Assembly (NCBI RefSeq): GCF_009914755.1 | Contig: NC_060933.1 | Length of the DNA: 64,000 bases | Strand: one strand, 5' to 3' | From: the human T2T-CHM13v2.0 reference genome, Homo sapiens | Part shown: positions 33,672-48,050 of the stretch, piece by piece | Layout: every line of letters starts with the position of its first letter | Numbering within the stretch: position 1 is the first letter of the stretch | Position numbers and translations under genes: made by a program | Notes under the pieces: generated by a model | What the model saw: the letters and a program-made list of their open reading frames with translations, nothing else | The model's database searches: none | Told to the model about the DNA's origin: nothing

Positions 33672-33755
33672 TTTAATAGAGTTATGTTTCTTCATCTTTT
33701 AGCCAAATATGTATATATATTTGGCTAAAAGATGAAGAAACATAACTCTATTAAA
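33672..33755. repeat. 84-bp near-perfect palindrome
   Basis: 39-bp perfect arms tttaatagagttatgtttcttcatcttttagccaaatat around gtatat. Confidence 0.97.
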
Positions 33756-34234
33756 TAAGCTTTTTGAAAGATTATCACAACCTGTTCAGTATTGTAGTTG
33801 GAGGGCCTCTGGTATAATAGTACAAAAACCACATCTCTTAGATTACAAGAAGTTGATTTATTCTCTCTGCATTGTTGAACCAATTCAGCAAGAATGATTT
33901 TGGTCAATGGACAGAATAAATAATGACCTCTGAATTTGAATTTATACCCAACAAACAAACAATAATCAAAATATTCACAAACATTTCTGTTACATCCCAC
34001 AGAGTCTAAAATTTTGTTCTTCAGATGCAATATATTGGATTAGAATTGTAGCTTAAGAAATCTTGTGAAAATAAAAATGCTGATGGGGAAGATAATGAAT
34101 TCAATCTGGCTTTAAGGCTCCTTGGGGCCTATTTTGCTCACTATCGAATTGATCACGCATAGCACAGGCCAATCCAGGTATTAATCATTAATTAAAAGTT
34201 AGCTGAATAAATGCATAAATAAGCATATTTTTGT

Positions 34235-34400
34235 TAAAAAACAGATTCCAGAGGCAGAAAAATTTAGAGTTAATTGATAAGCTATTTAGTCTTATTTGGC
34301 TATGGGAACTTTTTTTAATTTCCCTCAACCCTAATTTTTTAAGCTATAAAATGGGTAGAATAATGTAGAATTCAATTGATTGTCCCAAAGATGAAGGGGA
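34235..34400 (+). mobile_element. MIR remnant
   Basis: acagattccagaggcagaaaaatttagagtt...gctataaaatgggtagaataat. Confidence 0.5.
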
Positions 34401-37360
34401 AAAGAGTTATAGCAAGATCTGCTAGGCTGTCAATCAATGACAGTAGTCTAATGTCATTCATTTTGCCTTGTTAATAGAAACATCATTATCAGTATGTTGG
34501 GTACCCAGGATTAACAGAGAGGAAATGTGTGAGGTAAACCTACAATGAGGGACAACATCAAAACAAAATTTGCCTCTGTTTCAAGAATTTCTAAGTTAGT
34601 AAAAAATTAAGGTAATATTTGGGATAGTCCTATTCACTTTAATTCACTATTTTGACACAGCTTTTATTCTTATATCACGGGAACTAGAAGAATTTATTTA
34701 TTTAGGTTTTCTGCTAAAGGAATTCAAGTGTTAAATACATAATAAGAAGCAATGAAAAGTTCTTAATAGAACCTAGAACCTCACAATATTCTATATTTGC
34801 AGAAAACTATTAGACCAGAACAAGTTCTTTTATTTTTTGGCCATTGTATGGAAACCATTACCCTGTAGTTTTTCTCCTCACATGTATCAGTTGTTTTCCC
34901 TTGGTCACCTTCAGAATTGTGTGATTTGGAAACTGCAATTAAACTAGTAACAGTCATGACTTGGTAGTATTTAAAATATCCTCCCACTGCAGTACATGCA
35001 TAAAGCTTTGTTTGAAGTTTGTGTCTGTCAGGAGAAGAAGGCATTTCAAAGAAAGATATTTACATTTCAAATTGATGTTCTCAATGCTTGTACTTCCTTC
35101 AGTCGTTTATAATTCAATCAGTTGGATATGAAGTGCTGATGCTGAAATGCAGAAGTAGAAAGTTCCCATTCTCTCAACTTTAAAAGTATCTAAATTAAAT
35201 CTGGCTCCGGTCAGTAATGGATGTGCCAACACTCTGAATACTGCCCTGACTTAAAAAGGAGTTGTTTTAAAATGGCTTGAAGGTTATAAAAAAAACATTT
35301 CCACTAACACAAAAGGAAACAACCTCACTTCTAAAATGTTATGTACTAGGAATATAATCCACTTACTATAAAAATATGGAGGGATATATAGAAAGTGAAT
35401 ATAAATAATCTGGCTGCCATAGCATGCACACTTTTGAGAGTCTGTGTGTAGGAGTTTGAGGAGGTAGTTTCTGTTTTGTGAGTTAAAATTAAGTTTCAAA
35501 TTCTACATTTGGAATTGTAGCCATTATATATAATGCTTCTATCTATATAATATAGATATAGTTAATGTATAATATATGCTATAATTTATATGTAATATAT
35601 TATATTATATATAATATATTATATAAAATATTTATATATATATATTTGCGATAAAAATAGAGGACGGAATCTTTCTATTTTGGCAGTCTAGGAGTGATTT
35701 TTTTTTCCAATTCTCTTTAACTCCCTCTTTACTGGCAAGTAGATGTTCCATAAGTGTTCATCGAATGAATGCTTGATGCCCTTCTTAAGTGATTATGAAA
35801 TGGTGGGGCAATTATCTTTGATGATAGGTTATTTGCTATTCCTACCCACCAACATAAGTAAATTGGAGTAGATGGCCAAAGAAACAGAAATAGAATGGTG
35901 CATACGGAAAAAACAATAAATTGGCTGCATTAAAAAAATCAACAAAAAGGACAAAATATCCCAAAGATGAACAATTTCTCAAGGACTCATTTCTTCCTAG
36001 TGACTATCCGAAAAACCAGTGCTGTGGTAGGAAGAAATGAGGCAGTTCAGGTTCTGTGAGAACTGTCATCAGTCCTGCAGTATAAAACAAGCCAATAAAA
36101 CTAATCTACAAGGGGCTTTTAGATTTTGATTAGATTGTAGATTGCGAGCATTTTGTGAAGTTTTTTTAAAAATAGCAGTTGATTTTCCCCTCTAACCAAG
36201 CAATTTAATCTATGGTACAAGTGTCAAAGCCAGCTGTGGGATAGTGGGTTTTCCTGCAGGATCAGTGAGCTAGCAGCAATACACCTGCCACTTGGCTTCT
36301 AAAATAATCATTTGGCAAAGATAATTTTACTGGGCAGGAATAAAGGTTAACAACCTTTGTTAAGGCTCTTTAGAGCCAGAATAAGTCAAGGACCACATTC
36401 ATCTCACCATTCCTTCCTCTTTCAGTTTTGTTGCTTTTTGTGATGAACCGAAATTGAGACTAACATGTTTTAGTTGCACAATTCATCATACTTATTCAAA
36501 TATGCATGTATTTATGTAAAATGTATTAAATATATGACATGCTCTTAGCACTATGCCAGAAAATGGGAGGTAAATATGAGAGAAGCAGAGGATCTTGTAC
36601 AAACAGGGAAAAGAAATTTAAAGAAAAAGCTGAATCTGATTGAGTAGCCAGGCAGTTAAATTTACAGATCTTACTTTTTCTCTGGGAAAAGGAAACAGTG
36701 AATGCTCAGGAATTGCACTGGGCTTGACTTTGTAGATATTACTTCTAATGTACAACTATTTCCCAGCCATTGCCATGAAGTCCCTGCCTGAGTCCAGAGT
36801 GTTTTATAAGGAAGACATTTAGTAATAGGTCCCAGTGACTGTGCAGAGAGAGGAGAAAATGGACTGGGGAAGAACTACTGAAGTAATAATTAGGGAATGG
36901 GAGTGACAGGAGGAGGCGGCAGTATGAGCAGTGAGTGGTACCTAAGGATCGATAGCCAAGACAAAGTGTATTGCCAACATTGCTTCTTGAGAAGATATGT
37001 AAACTCATATTCCCTGGTCCTTACTGGTAACTGTCCCCACTTTGTGCCAGAAAGGTTCTCAGTGGCTTAGCAAAGCCATAGCTACAGGATGCTAGAAACA
37101 AGCCTGCCATAAACTGCAGTTAACTCTCATCAATTCTTGATATTAACTGAAGTGTCACTTTGAGCAACACATAACTATATGAGCTCTTGTTTTCTTATTT
37201 TGGAACACAAAAATAATGACTCCTGCCTAGAATGTTTTATAGAGACATTATGAGGAATAACATGTTACTTTATAATAGTAAATAAATTGTCACTATTATT
37301 GTTTTATTAACCTATCATTTATTGTGCACGTGAAATGTTTCAGACACTGTTTCAAACATG

Positions 37361-37393
<33 letters not shown>

Positions 37394-38300
37394 CTTAATA
37401 TGTCATAACAAAATAATACCTTTAAGGTAAAATGTAAAGAAAAATGACAAGAGATTTAACTTATAAAATTATTTCTCCCTTTGTGTGTGTGTATGAGAGT
37501 CTCTAGCACATTATTTTCTCTATTATTAAACCAAACAAATATTCATATGAAGTTTGAAGAATATAGAAAATAGAAAAGAGGAAAACATTGCACATTCCCA
37601 TCTTCCAGACACAATTCTTAATATTTGGATATGGAAGTTTGCCTTTGTTCTTCCCTTTTAATAAAGCTCCGAGATTTGCTATTGAGTAGTGTGGATGATT
37701 GCTTTTAGTAAAGTTATCTCATCCTGCCATTTTTACAGAATTGAATATTTTTTGACTCTCTAATAACCATTTATATAATAGGGTGATGTAGTGTCTTGAG
37801 CATTCAGATAATTTTAGTAATTCCATTTTGGATAGCTTGAATACAATGTAAAGGGTATAGCCAAGTAGAGAAATGTAATCCATTGTGTATTAAGATTATT
37901 GCCCACAACCAGCTTTATTTTGTATTCCTTTATGTTTATTAAAGACATAGAGCTCCTCACTTTTATGTAAGTTTCTTTGGTAATCCTATTTAAGTACTTT
38001 GCAAATTTTTGGTAAAACCAGTTTATCTTATCTGAACTAAGTCTAGTAAAAATGTATCTGTTAGATTTGCTTTATGTAAATTATTTATAAAAATCTAACA
38101 CATGAAATTTTAAAATATAAATTATCTAATATGTAATTTAATCAGAGATTAATGACCCAAAGTAATTTCAGATATTCTGTTTATTAACACAATATAAATT
38201 CACTTCAGTTTTTCTTTCATCATTTAAAATTATTCAGTCTACAGAGAATTCTCAATGTTTTGCAATAAATTATTTTATTAACACAGAATAACCCTCCAAA

Positions 38301-38618
<318 letters not shown>

Positions 38619-41600
38619 TGATGATTAACAAACTAGTCTAAGTTGTTCCATGGCATTCTTGAAAGTGAACCTCATTTTTCCTGTCCTAGTTAGTCATTTA
38701 TAATTTAATAAAGGCCTTGGTCTTTTAAAAAATTATACCTCAAATTATCACTTGACAATACATGTTTCAAACCATCTTTCTTTGACATTGATTGGCAAAG
38801 AGTGTTGGATTTATAAGTCATGATGAAGTCATTCTTTGGCATGCCCTGGAATTAATTAGAAGCCAAGTAATAATAAAATGCAATTAGAAGCCAAGTAATA
38901 ATAACTCAATGTGTACAAATTTTAAAAATAATCAATGAAAAAGAAAAACAGCATAAAATCACATGGAGAAATAATTTCTATTCCAGGAAGTAATGTAACA
39001 GAAAATCCGCTGCCTCTTTTAGTCCATCAATTCTTATCTTCTTCAGCCATTTTAATTAACATGTTAATAAATTTCCTAATAGGTTTAATACCAGCTGAAA
39101 ATTGCAAAGTGCTTGCTAAAGTAAAATCTAACACAGCAAATTTGTTACTTGCAAAAAATGTCATTATTGCCTAGTCAACCATAACTTGCTTTTTTTTCCC
39201 TCTCTCTCTTAAGGGAAAGGTTGCAATTTGGGAGAAGATTTAAGCTTTAGCCCCCACATATTAGGCAGAATTAATGATCTATTTGCTTAGAAACCATATA
39301 TCAGCTCCAGTTTATCCATCCACTGGGTAAACGATAGACATTACTTGGTCACTATGATAGATTTGAATGCAGGCAAAAGCATCAATCAGTGTCGGCAGCT
39401 GATTAGTTGTTGGTGTCTTTGACAGGCTCTTCCATCTCACTGAATGAAAGCCAGCTGATTGCTTTCACTTCGCTCCACATCCATTGCCCTCCACTGCCAG
39501 TATATTACCTAGCTAATGCTGAGGGTAGAAATTTCTCTGTGTCAGCTAACAGTGAATTTCTCCACTTCGCTTATGATTACATCCACGTTGGTCTCCTTCA
39601 AATTACAGAATGAGGCTGGTCAACAGTGTGTGTAAATGTGAACCTTTAAAGCAGCAAGTAGAAATGGGTGAAAAACAGTTGTGTTTTAATAATAACATCT
39701 GTTCTCCTTAAGGCAGAAAAGTGACATACAATGTGCTTTCTTAAAATGTACTTCTTTAGATGACATGATAAAAAATGGATATGTCGAGATTAAAAGCTGC
39801 TAGTTGAGAAATAAATGACTGTAATAGGAGGAAAACATTACCCTTGAGATGAATTCAGGTTCTGAAAGTACAATAGCAATTAGCACTAAAATGATCATTA
39901 AATTGATGTTCATTTGCTCTTAAAGTTTGCTCAGGACAATCTTTTATTACTGGGATATATATTCAAACTCCATTATAAACACTTAGCTTATCTGTGAGCC
40001 TGGAGAACAGATGGAGTTAATTTATTTGCAGAAATACTTGAGCAAGTGGAAAGATATGAATTTTGACTTTTTTGACACCCAGACTTGTCTGGCATATGTG
40101 CAACTGTTGTTGCTAAACACGTAGAAGAAACAGAACATCCATAAGCAGAATGAATTGCTTAATTAATTTAACTTTCATTTATATACTGAGGTTGGGGTGA
40201 TAGTATCAAGTACTAAGAAGTCATTTATATATGTTTCAAATGATACTAAATCATAGATTCAACAGCAATGCAATTCCATGTTCTTCCTTTTTTTTTTGTT
40301 TTGTTTTGTTTTGCTATATCTACCAGATTTTATGTTCAATGCTGGAGGCTATTCAACAAATAAACATTAATACCTTCAATTTTTCAATTAGCAATAATGT
40401 ATATTCCAAATTTTACTCTATAGCCCATAATTAACAAATGTGGAAATTGAATACAATTATAGAGTTATGAATTTCTAAATTTCATGTAAATTTTTTAAGA
40501 AATTAAAAAAATTAAATATAATTGTAAATAGTATTTATAAACATAATCACATAACTGGATTTAGTTTTAAATTTTGCTTTGAATTATCTAAACATGTCAT
40601 TTGACAATTTTTATTGAGAAGGGATAGGGAAGTAATATTTATGCATAAACATAAAGCAATTTTATTAGAAATGTGAAGACAGAATTCAAAGTCCATGAAG
40701 AGAGTGGTGCCTGTGGTGGCCCCTGGCTAACTGAGATAACATCTTCCCAGACTGAGTTGTTCAGACATGATGTGTGATGTAGAGAAAAACTCATAATTAA
40801 CAGGTATCATGTATTAAAGTAACGAGTAACTAATTTCTATATCCTAACTGATCTTGTGAAAAATATATATATTTATGATTGACAATTATATTTAGTTCAA
40901 TTTATCTTATTTAGCTCAATTTATTTGTTTTAAATATTATAGTCAGAAGAGAGACTATTTTAAAATACAAGAATCTAGGGCAAAGTGAGTGTTAGAATAT
41001 TTGTAAAGATGTTACTATGTTAGAATAAAATGTGTACCTGTAAACATTTTATGCATATAGTAAGCTGCTAGTCAAAGAATAACTACATAAGTAACATATA
41101 TGTTTAACTAGACACATAGTTTTATAGGACGGATTTCCCTAGGCCTCAGCCAGTCTAATAAAATGTTCCCCGTTACGACCCAAGCAAAAAAGAAAACTTG
41201 CCTCCAAAGTGAATTTAGTCATTTAACTTATGATACATGAGGTAATTAGTCAGAGTCATAACCAGAAATCACTGGTTATCCTAGAAAAATTGTTCTAACT
41301 AAAGATTTCTTTGGACCATGGTATAACACTCCTCTCCTTCCTGGTTGGAAATGCAACAAAGCATCTGCTTTCAACAAAATGAAAATGTATGAAATCAGAT
41401 ATGGAGACACTAAAAAAGATCATGTAAAGACCCAATTTCTGGATTTTCTAACCAAAAACATCATTATTAATTAAAGTTATTATTCTGGAAAATACTTATC
41501 CACAGTCAATTCAGAGTCAAGAACCTGCTCCCTCATTAAACTAAGGACATTTCCAAAATAGAGAAAATGGCTTTAGCCCAAATTGTTTCCTGCTTTACTA

Positions 41601-41689
41601 CCTATAGCAGAGAAAATTGAAAATAGCCTAAATAGCAAATAATAGAGGAATCGTTACGTATGCAGTATTACATCCACTTATCATAGTAT

Positions 41690-42103
41690 TATCGCAGAGG
41701 TGGCCTCAGGCACCTCAGACATGGGCCTGTAGAAGGAAAATCCTTGGAAATAATCTTTAACATCACCATATCTCACACTGAACATTCATGGGGGTACCAG
41801 GATTTTTCAGCATTAGATATTTGCTCCTTATGAGCAAGCAGCGTTGCATATCTGGACCAGTCAGGGAGCCCCATTGAAATATTAAAGAGAACATGTCATG
41901 CCTTGAAGAATCTTCACTTTGACTAGCGTCAGTCATAGTTTCAGGTTTCTATGGGCACCTTGTGTGAAGTTGGAAGCTGCTGCTTATCTGGGAATATGCT
42001 GTTTCAGCACCTGCATTATGTAACCAAATACCTAGGCTCTGTATCCTTTGTTATTAAAGAATCTTTACAATGTCTGTTTCTAGAGTCTTTCAGTTCAACC
42101 ACA
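41690..42103 (+). mobile_element. Possible old ERVL-type solo LTR
   Basis: GC-richer ~410-bp block with ATTAAA near its end and a CA terminus, set in L1ME-like sequence. Confidence 0.4.
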
Positions 42104-43213
42104 TTGTAATTCATTTTGGTAACAGCACAATTAAGATGTAATTAGAATTATATTTATACAGAGAAAGTAAGATAATATTAAATTCTTATTCTACAATGCT
42201 AAGTAGAAAATGGTAGGATACATATTTGAATATATGCTTTTAGAAAACAATTGATCCTTAAAAAAAGATTTAAAAATACTTCTATATGCTAATAATTACT
42301 ATAAAATAAGTGAGTTTTCTTTCCTCTTATTTAACATTTATAATGGACATATAATACTTTAAATAGAAATAACAAATTTATTTTCAATTAATCTTCCTCA
42401 ATTATGTCTGCCTTATAAATAAAAGAATCTGTAAAATTTGTATCCTGTTCAAACTGAGCAAATAAATGGGGCCATATTAAACATTGATAGATTTATGTCA
42501 GAAATTGAAGGTGAAAATAAGGCTATAGCTAGTTCTTTCTATTTTTTATCATCCTCAGTCCCTTGAAGATATCTACATGCTACCTACAGTGTAAATACTT
42601 CTTTATTCCTAAGCCAAATTTCCAAGATCAGAACATACAGAAAGGTTGTCAACAACACCATTCTGTAAGGCTTTAGATTTAATAATAACTCAGTTATGAT
42701 CATGGACCATAAGGTGTGTCAGAAACAAATTCTGGGTTATGCATAGTCACATAGACTAAATGCCTGGGAGTTTAAAAGAGAACTGAGGCCTGTTAAAATA
42801 GATAGGTGGGATTTTTCTAGTGGGAAAAGGATATCCTTTTTATTTATGTTTATTTATGTCAAATACAAATAATGGGGATATATATATTGCTACTTTTGAC
42901 ATCGAAATTAAAAAAATTATTTGTCATTGTTAAATTCAAGCAACAAAGTGTATTGATATGAAAACAATAATACGATAAACTTGTTATCTAGCACATTAAT
43001 CCACAAACTCAAGAATAAACAACCAATCATATACAAATTAAACAAAAGCAATGAGCAGATAATTCACTGAAGAGGAACAATATTAAATCTATAACAAAAG
43101 AGTCAGTCAATTTCAATTATTTATGGGTAAAGTAAAACTTAAGACACGACTCTGTCCTTAAATTACCAAATACTAAAGTCTAACATAGTTGCATCCTGCT
43201 GAGCAAGTCTTAA

Positions 43214-43655
<442 letters not shown>

Positions 43656-43687
43656 TTCATTTTTACAAGGAGAACTGAGAAGTACTG

Positions 43688-43790
43688 ACTTTTATCAACA
43701 ATCCAGAGTTTCAAAATCATTCTCATTTCAGCTACATTTTTACAAAGGGAACTGAGAATGATTTTGAAACTCTGGATTGTTAATAAAAGT
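43688..43790. repeat. Inverted repeat, 38-bp arms (1 mismatch), 27-bp spacer
   Basis: acttttatcaacaatccagagtttcaaaatcattctca / tgagaatgattttgaaactctggattgttaataaaagt. Confidence 0.95.
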
Positions 43791-44215
43791 AAATATTTGT
43801 AAAAAACCTATTACTTCTGAAGATAAAATATGGTATAATCATGTGAGAGAATGCTTTGTAGCACATAAATAATAAGTTAAGTTTATGTATGAGCCTGAAT
43901 AAATCTCAAAGCATGATATTGAGTGAAAACAGCAAGTTTCAGAATTTTAAGTGCAGTAAGTCTTTCTGTTAATTTTAAAAAATGTATAAACACGCAAAAT
44001 GGTTAAACATGCAGTCTATTTTATTACAACGGTGATTCTGTAATGGGAATTAGCTTATATCCAATTAGTAAGCATGAGAATGATGTCATTACAACAGGAA
44101 AGCAGTATTAGTTTATGCATATTTTTTGTCAGCCTAATATTTTCCACCAGCAAGTAATAGTATCTGCATATACAAGATACAGAGGTACACAGCACTGAAC
44201 ATGATGTGAATTCAC

Positions 44216-44693
44216 CAGTGGTTCTCTGAAATGGGTCATGGGAAACCCTTGGGGTTCTCAAGAGCCTTCTTGCAAGTCCATAGGTTAAAATTATTCTCTT
44301 AATTAATCACATTAAGATATTATTTACTTTTTTTATTCTCATGTTCTCAGAAAATACAGAAGAGTTTTTCAGAGGCTATGTGGTGTGTAATTTTGTGACA
44401 GATTGAAAACAGAAACAGGTATAAAGATCAATGGGTTTTTTATTAAACACAACATTACAAAGATTTATAAAAATGTAAGACACTGTAACTGTTCTTACTT
44501 TGTGTTCGAAAAATATTACTATTTCTCATAAAATTTTATGTTTATATAATAGTTTTACTATCACTTTTTAAAATAGAAATTTAGATTATTATAGTTAAAT
44601 GGTTAATTATTCTGCATAAATAAAAGCTCTTCGGAACACTCAGTAACTTTAGAGTGTAGGGAATTTTGAGAACAATCGTTTTGAGAATACTTG
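44216..44693. mobile_element. hAT-Charlie non-autonomous DNA transposon (Charlie4a-like)
   Basis: TIR-like ends cagtggttctc... and ...tttgagaatacttg; internal ttttcagaggcta..acagattgaaaacagaaacag. Confidence 0.7.
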
Positions 44694-45684
44694 TGCTATA
44701 TATTTTTGTATTTTAACTCACTTGTTTTGTCTAGGGAGTCATTGATACATAATGCTTAATAATATTTGTGTGTTTACTATTGTCTACATAATTTAGCATA
44801 CTGAATCCTTCCTTGTAGTTCCTTCTGTCAAATTATCTTTATCATTTTAAAGTATGTTCTGAGTTTTCTGGAGTATTTTTATGTAAAGGAAATTTAATGC
44901 CTTTTAAATTACTGTTATAGTTTTGAGAATTTTTGTTGTTGTCATTTCATTGTTTTATTCTGCTGGTTACAAAGTTGTATAGGTTATGAATAGTCTACCA
45001 CATTCTGGTTTTCTTATGGCTATTTTAGTGAGTCATTTTGCAGAAAGTGACATTTTCAAAAATGTTTATACTGTATTTTTGTAGAAACCCTTACAGTATG
45101 ATACCATTTTAATAAATTTAACCACACATAAGCATACCAGATATCAAAATATAGTTAGATATTTAAGTGGGTACAAAATGTTAAAAAGGAACAAACAGAG
45201 GCCACAGTGTAAAGGTATGTTAGCGGTGCCAGTGCTTGATGAGCTGAACATGACCCAGGAAGCTGGATAAAATTAAACTTTTATTTAAAATATACTTAAT
45301 ATGAGAATGTATTAAGTTACAAAATATAATAATTGGTACATTGTTCTTTTTTATTTTTGAAGTTTCCTGTATATTTAAGTTTTTTCAAAATAAAATTTTA
45401 ATTAAAAATTACAGGTTATAATTAGCTTAATCCATGGCCCCATTATAGAAGGAAACAAAAACATAAAAAGTAAGTAGTTACACAAGTAAACCAGAAAGTA
45501 GTTTATATTCTTTAAAATCTTGACATGCTAAACTCAATTTACAGCGTTTGCTGTTTTGCAATTAGTCACATATTGTCAAGTTTACTTGTTGATAGTTGTG
45601 TGGCGTTTTTAAGAGACAGGCAAGGAAATATGCTGTCAAAATACGTGGAAAGAAAATGTTACATTTATCCTAGAGATGGTTGGT

Positions 45685-45871
45685 ACACTTACAAACTTTT
45701 TTTAAAGAGCTGCATAGTCAATATTTAGATTTTGCTAGCAACAGAATATCTCTGCCACATATCTTTTTAAGTAACTTTTAGAAAATTTAAACATTGGTCT
45801 TAGCTTGGGTATGTATAAAAACAGGGCCAAGGGCAGGATTTAGTTTGCAGGCCGTAGTTTGCAGACCCCTG
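45685..45871. mobile_element. MER58-like hAT-Charlie MITE
   Basis: caaactttttt.aaagagc..atagtcaatattt and end gcaggccgtagtttgcagacccctg. Confidence 0.75.
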
Positions 45872-46987
45872 CTTGGATCACATAATTTCCCTGGAAAGTG
45901 TATCTAGATTAAAAAAGTTAAAAAAAAAAAAAAAAGAACAGGACAAATACAGTACACATTTAATTACAAAATTGATATTAATGTTTTAAAATTAATAAAA
46001 AAGAACTTAATTTTCACAACCACGGAAAGAGTATTTCTTCTAATATTGCTTATACACAATATAATGTTCTGTTTAATAATAAAATTCTAAAAATTACCTT
46101 CTAGAGACTGATTTTTAAGTAACATAAAATTTTTTAAAAATCGATGGTAGGGAATATTTTTCTCCTTTACTCTTTAATATCAAACAAATCTAATTAGCCC
46201 AAACTAGATAGTGAGAAAAGAAGAAAGAGAAGGAAGTGAAGAAAAAGAGGAAGAGGAATAAAAAGTAGAAGAAGGAGAAAAGGGGGAGTGGTGTTCAACA
46301 AAATTCAAAAAACAGGCACAAGTTCATACTCCCAAATATTACAGTCTTCTACCAATTTGCATGATGTTTTGAACACATGAGGAAGAAAGCAGAAAGGGAA
46401 CAGTTATCTCTTAGGGTGCAAATTCTCCACATTAAATGGCATGAACCTATGGCTCAACCAAAATGTCCTGTTTTGTAATGGAAGGATCTGGTTGTATGGA
46501 CAGACTTCATGAGCACAGCTTGAGTTTATTTTGTGCTACAGAATTTAAAAGAAGACTTAAACTGAAGGAGAAATAATGCTAAAGACCATGTTAATAGAAG
46601 ATGATATGACAGGGTAAAAAAAGACATCTGGACAACAATCAGCCAAGCAGTTAAAGAATTGTAACTTTCCATTGAAACAAAATAATGATGGAATAAATCT
46701 ATGACATGTAGGCCTTCCTTGTTAGCCAAGTAGGCATGCTGCTCTCCACAAAGTGGGAGATGGTCAGAATGAAGTTCTGAAAGCAGTAATATCAAACGTG
46801 TTGTGATAAAGATTAATCTATAGCTTTGAAACTAAAATGTTAAAACAGCATGACTGAATTTAAAGTTTCCTATTTTCCAATCCCTTCATAAATTATTTTC
46901 ATAAAATGTACAAATTAGAAACAACCTGCATTCTCAGCAATAGAGACATGTTTACTTATATTCTGGTACATTCATCTGATTAAAATA

Positions 46988-47160
46988 CGGACTTTAGTTA
47001 AAAATAAAGTATTAATTTTAGTCCATTAATAGTGACAAGTATATCATCCTAATGGAAGATGTTAATTGTAGAGGAAACTGGGTATAGGCTATATAGGAAT
47101 GTTCTAGTATCATCACAATTGTTTTATGAATATAAAGCTATTAATGTTATCTAAAAAATA
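46988..47160 (+). mobile_element. L1MC-type 3' end fragment
   Basis: ggactttagttaaaaataa...aagatgttaattgtagaggaaactggg. Confidence 0.6.
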
Positions 47161-47847
47161 CAGTATGGGTGATGATTTTATATTTGTAGCTAGTTGTAAA
47201 ATTAAGATCTAGTCCAATGGGAACATTTTCTCATGCAAAGAAGATGACAGCATATTGTGGAGCATGGCCCAGATGAGCTGACTGTGGAGAGGATGTATAA
47301 AAGTTATGTTGACAGTGGTCAGGAAGGAGTAAGGATAGGTAAGAGAACAGAGTAACATGATTTTGTGTTACTTTATATAGCTGCTGTAAAGTTTCAATAT
47401 CATCATCTTACTTTTTTCAGTGAAGTATGAAGTGGTGTAGAACTCATACTAAAAAAGCGAAGTTGAGCGTGTTGGTTAAAGGGCTGGAAAAGAATGGGAC
47501 ATTTCAGAACTGCTGGGCAGGGAATGGGAGAGCTTGATAAGCAAAGATAAGTTAGAGGGCTCATGGGCATTATGGTTTATACTGACAAATTTCTCCCTAA
47601 AGGAGCCTGCTGTCACCCCCAGGTTCCGTTAAGCTAGTTACCAAAAGATTGCTTGAGCACTAAATGCCTTTTTAAGAGAAAACGTCTTAACAAGTCTTGA
47701 CTCTTTGTTTTCCAGCTCACTAAAATGTTTAGGTGATCTCTACTCTTTCAAACGTGCCTCTACATTTATGCCCTATATCACCTATTGTACCTAATAGACT
47801 ACGATTTTCCTGTTTAGACCCTTGGAACCACCTTGGTTATCGCTTAA

Positions 47848-48050
47848 TTATAATAGCAAATATGTACATAGTGCTTGCTATGTGCCAGACAATGCTCTAA
47901 CAGCTTTGATGATGCCGTGTAATGTTCACCACAATCTTCCGAGTTGAACCCTGTTGTTATCTCCATATTATAGACAGAAAAGTTAAGTAACTTCCTCCAG
48001 GTTACAGAGTTAGTAAGTCGCACACTTGGGGGATGTAACAGGTCTTTTAA
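47848..48050 (-). mobile_element. MIR
   Basis: aatagcaaatatgtacatagtgcttgctatgtgccagaca...gttaagtaacttcctccaggttacagagttagtaagt. Confidence 0.8.

Noticed and set aside
33012-33676. ~200-aa ORFs on both strands and regularly spaced repeats (CRISPR-like or coding?)
   Set aside because: Translations of a stop-free TA-rich minisatellite. Units are contiguous with no unique spacers, there are no cas genes, and the context is eukaryotic.
34781-35260. Possible exon or 87-aa ORF in unique sequence
   Set aside because: No recognisable protein similarity or convincing splice-site pair; cannot be supported from sequence alone.
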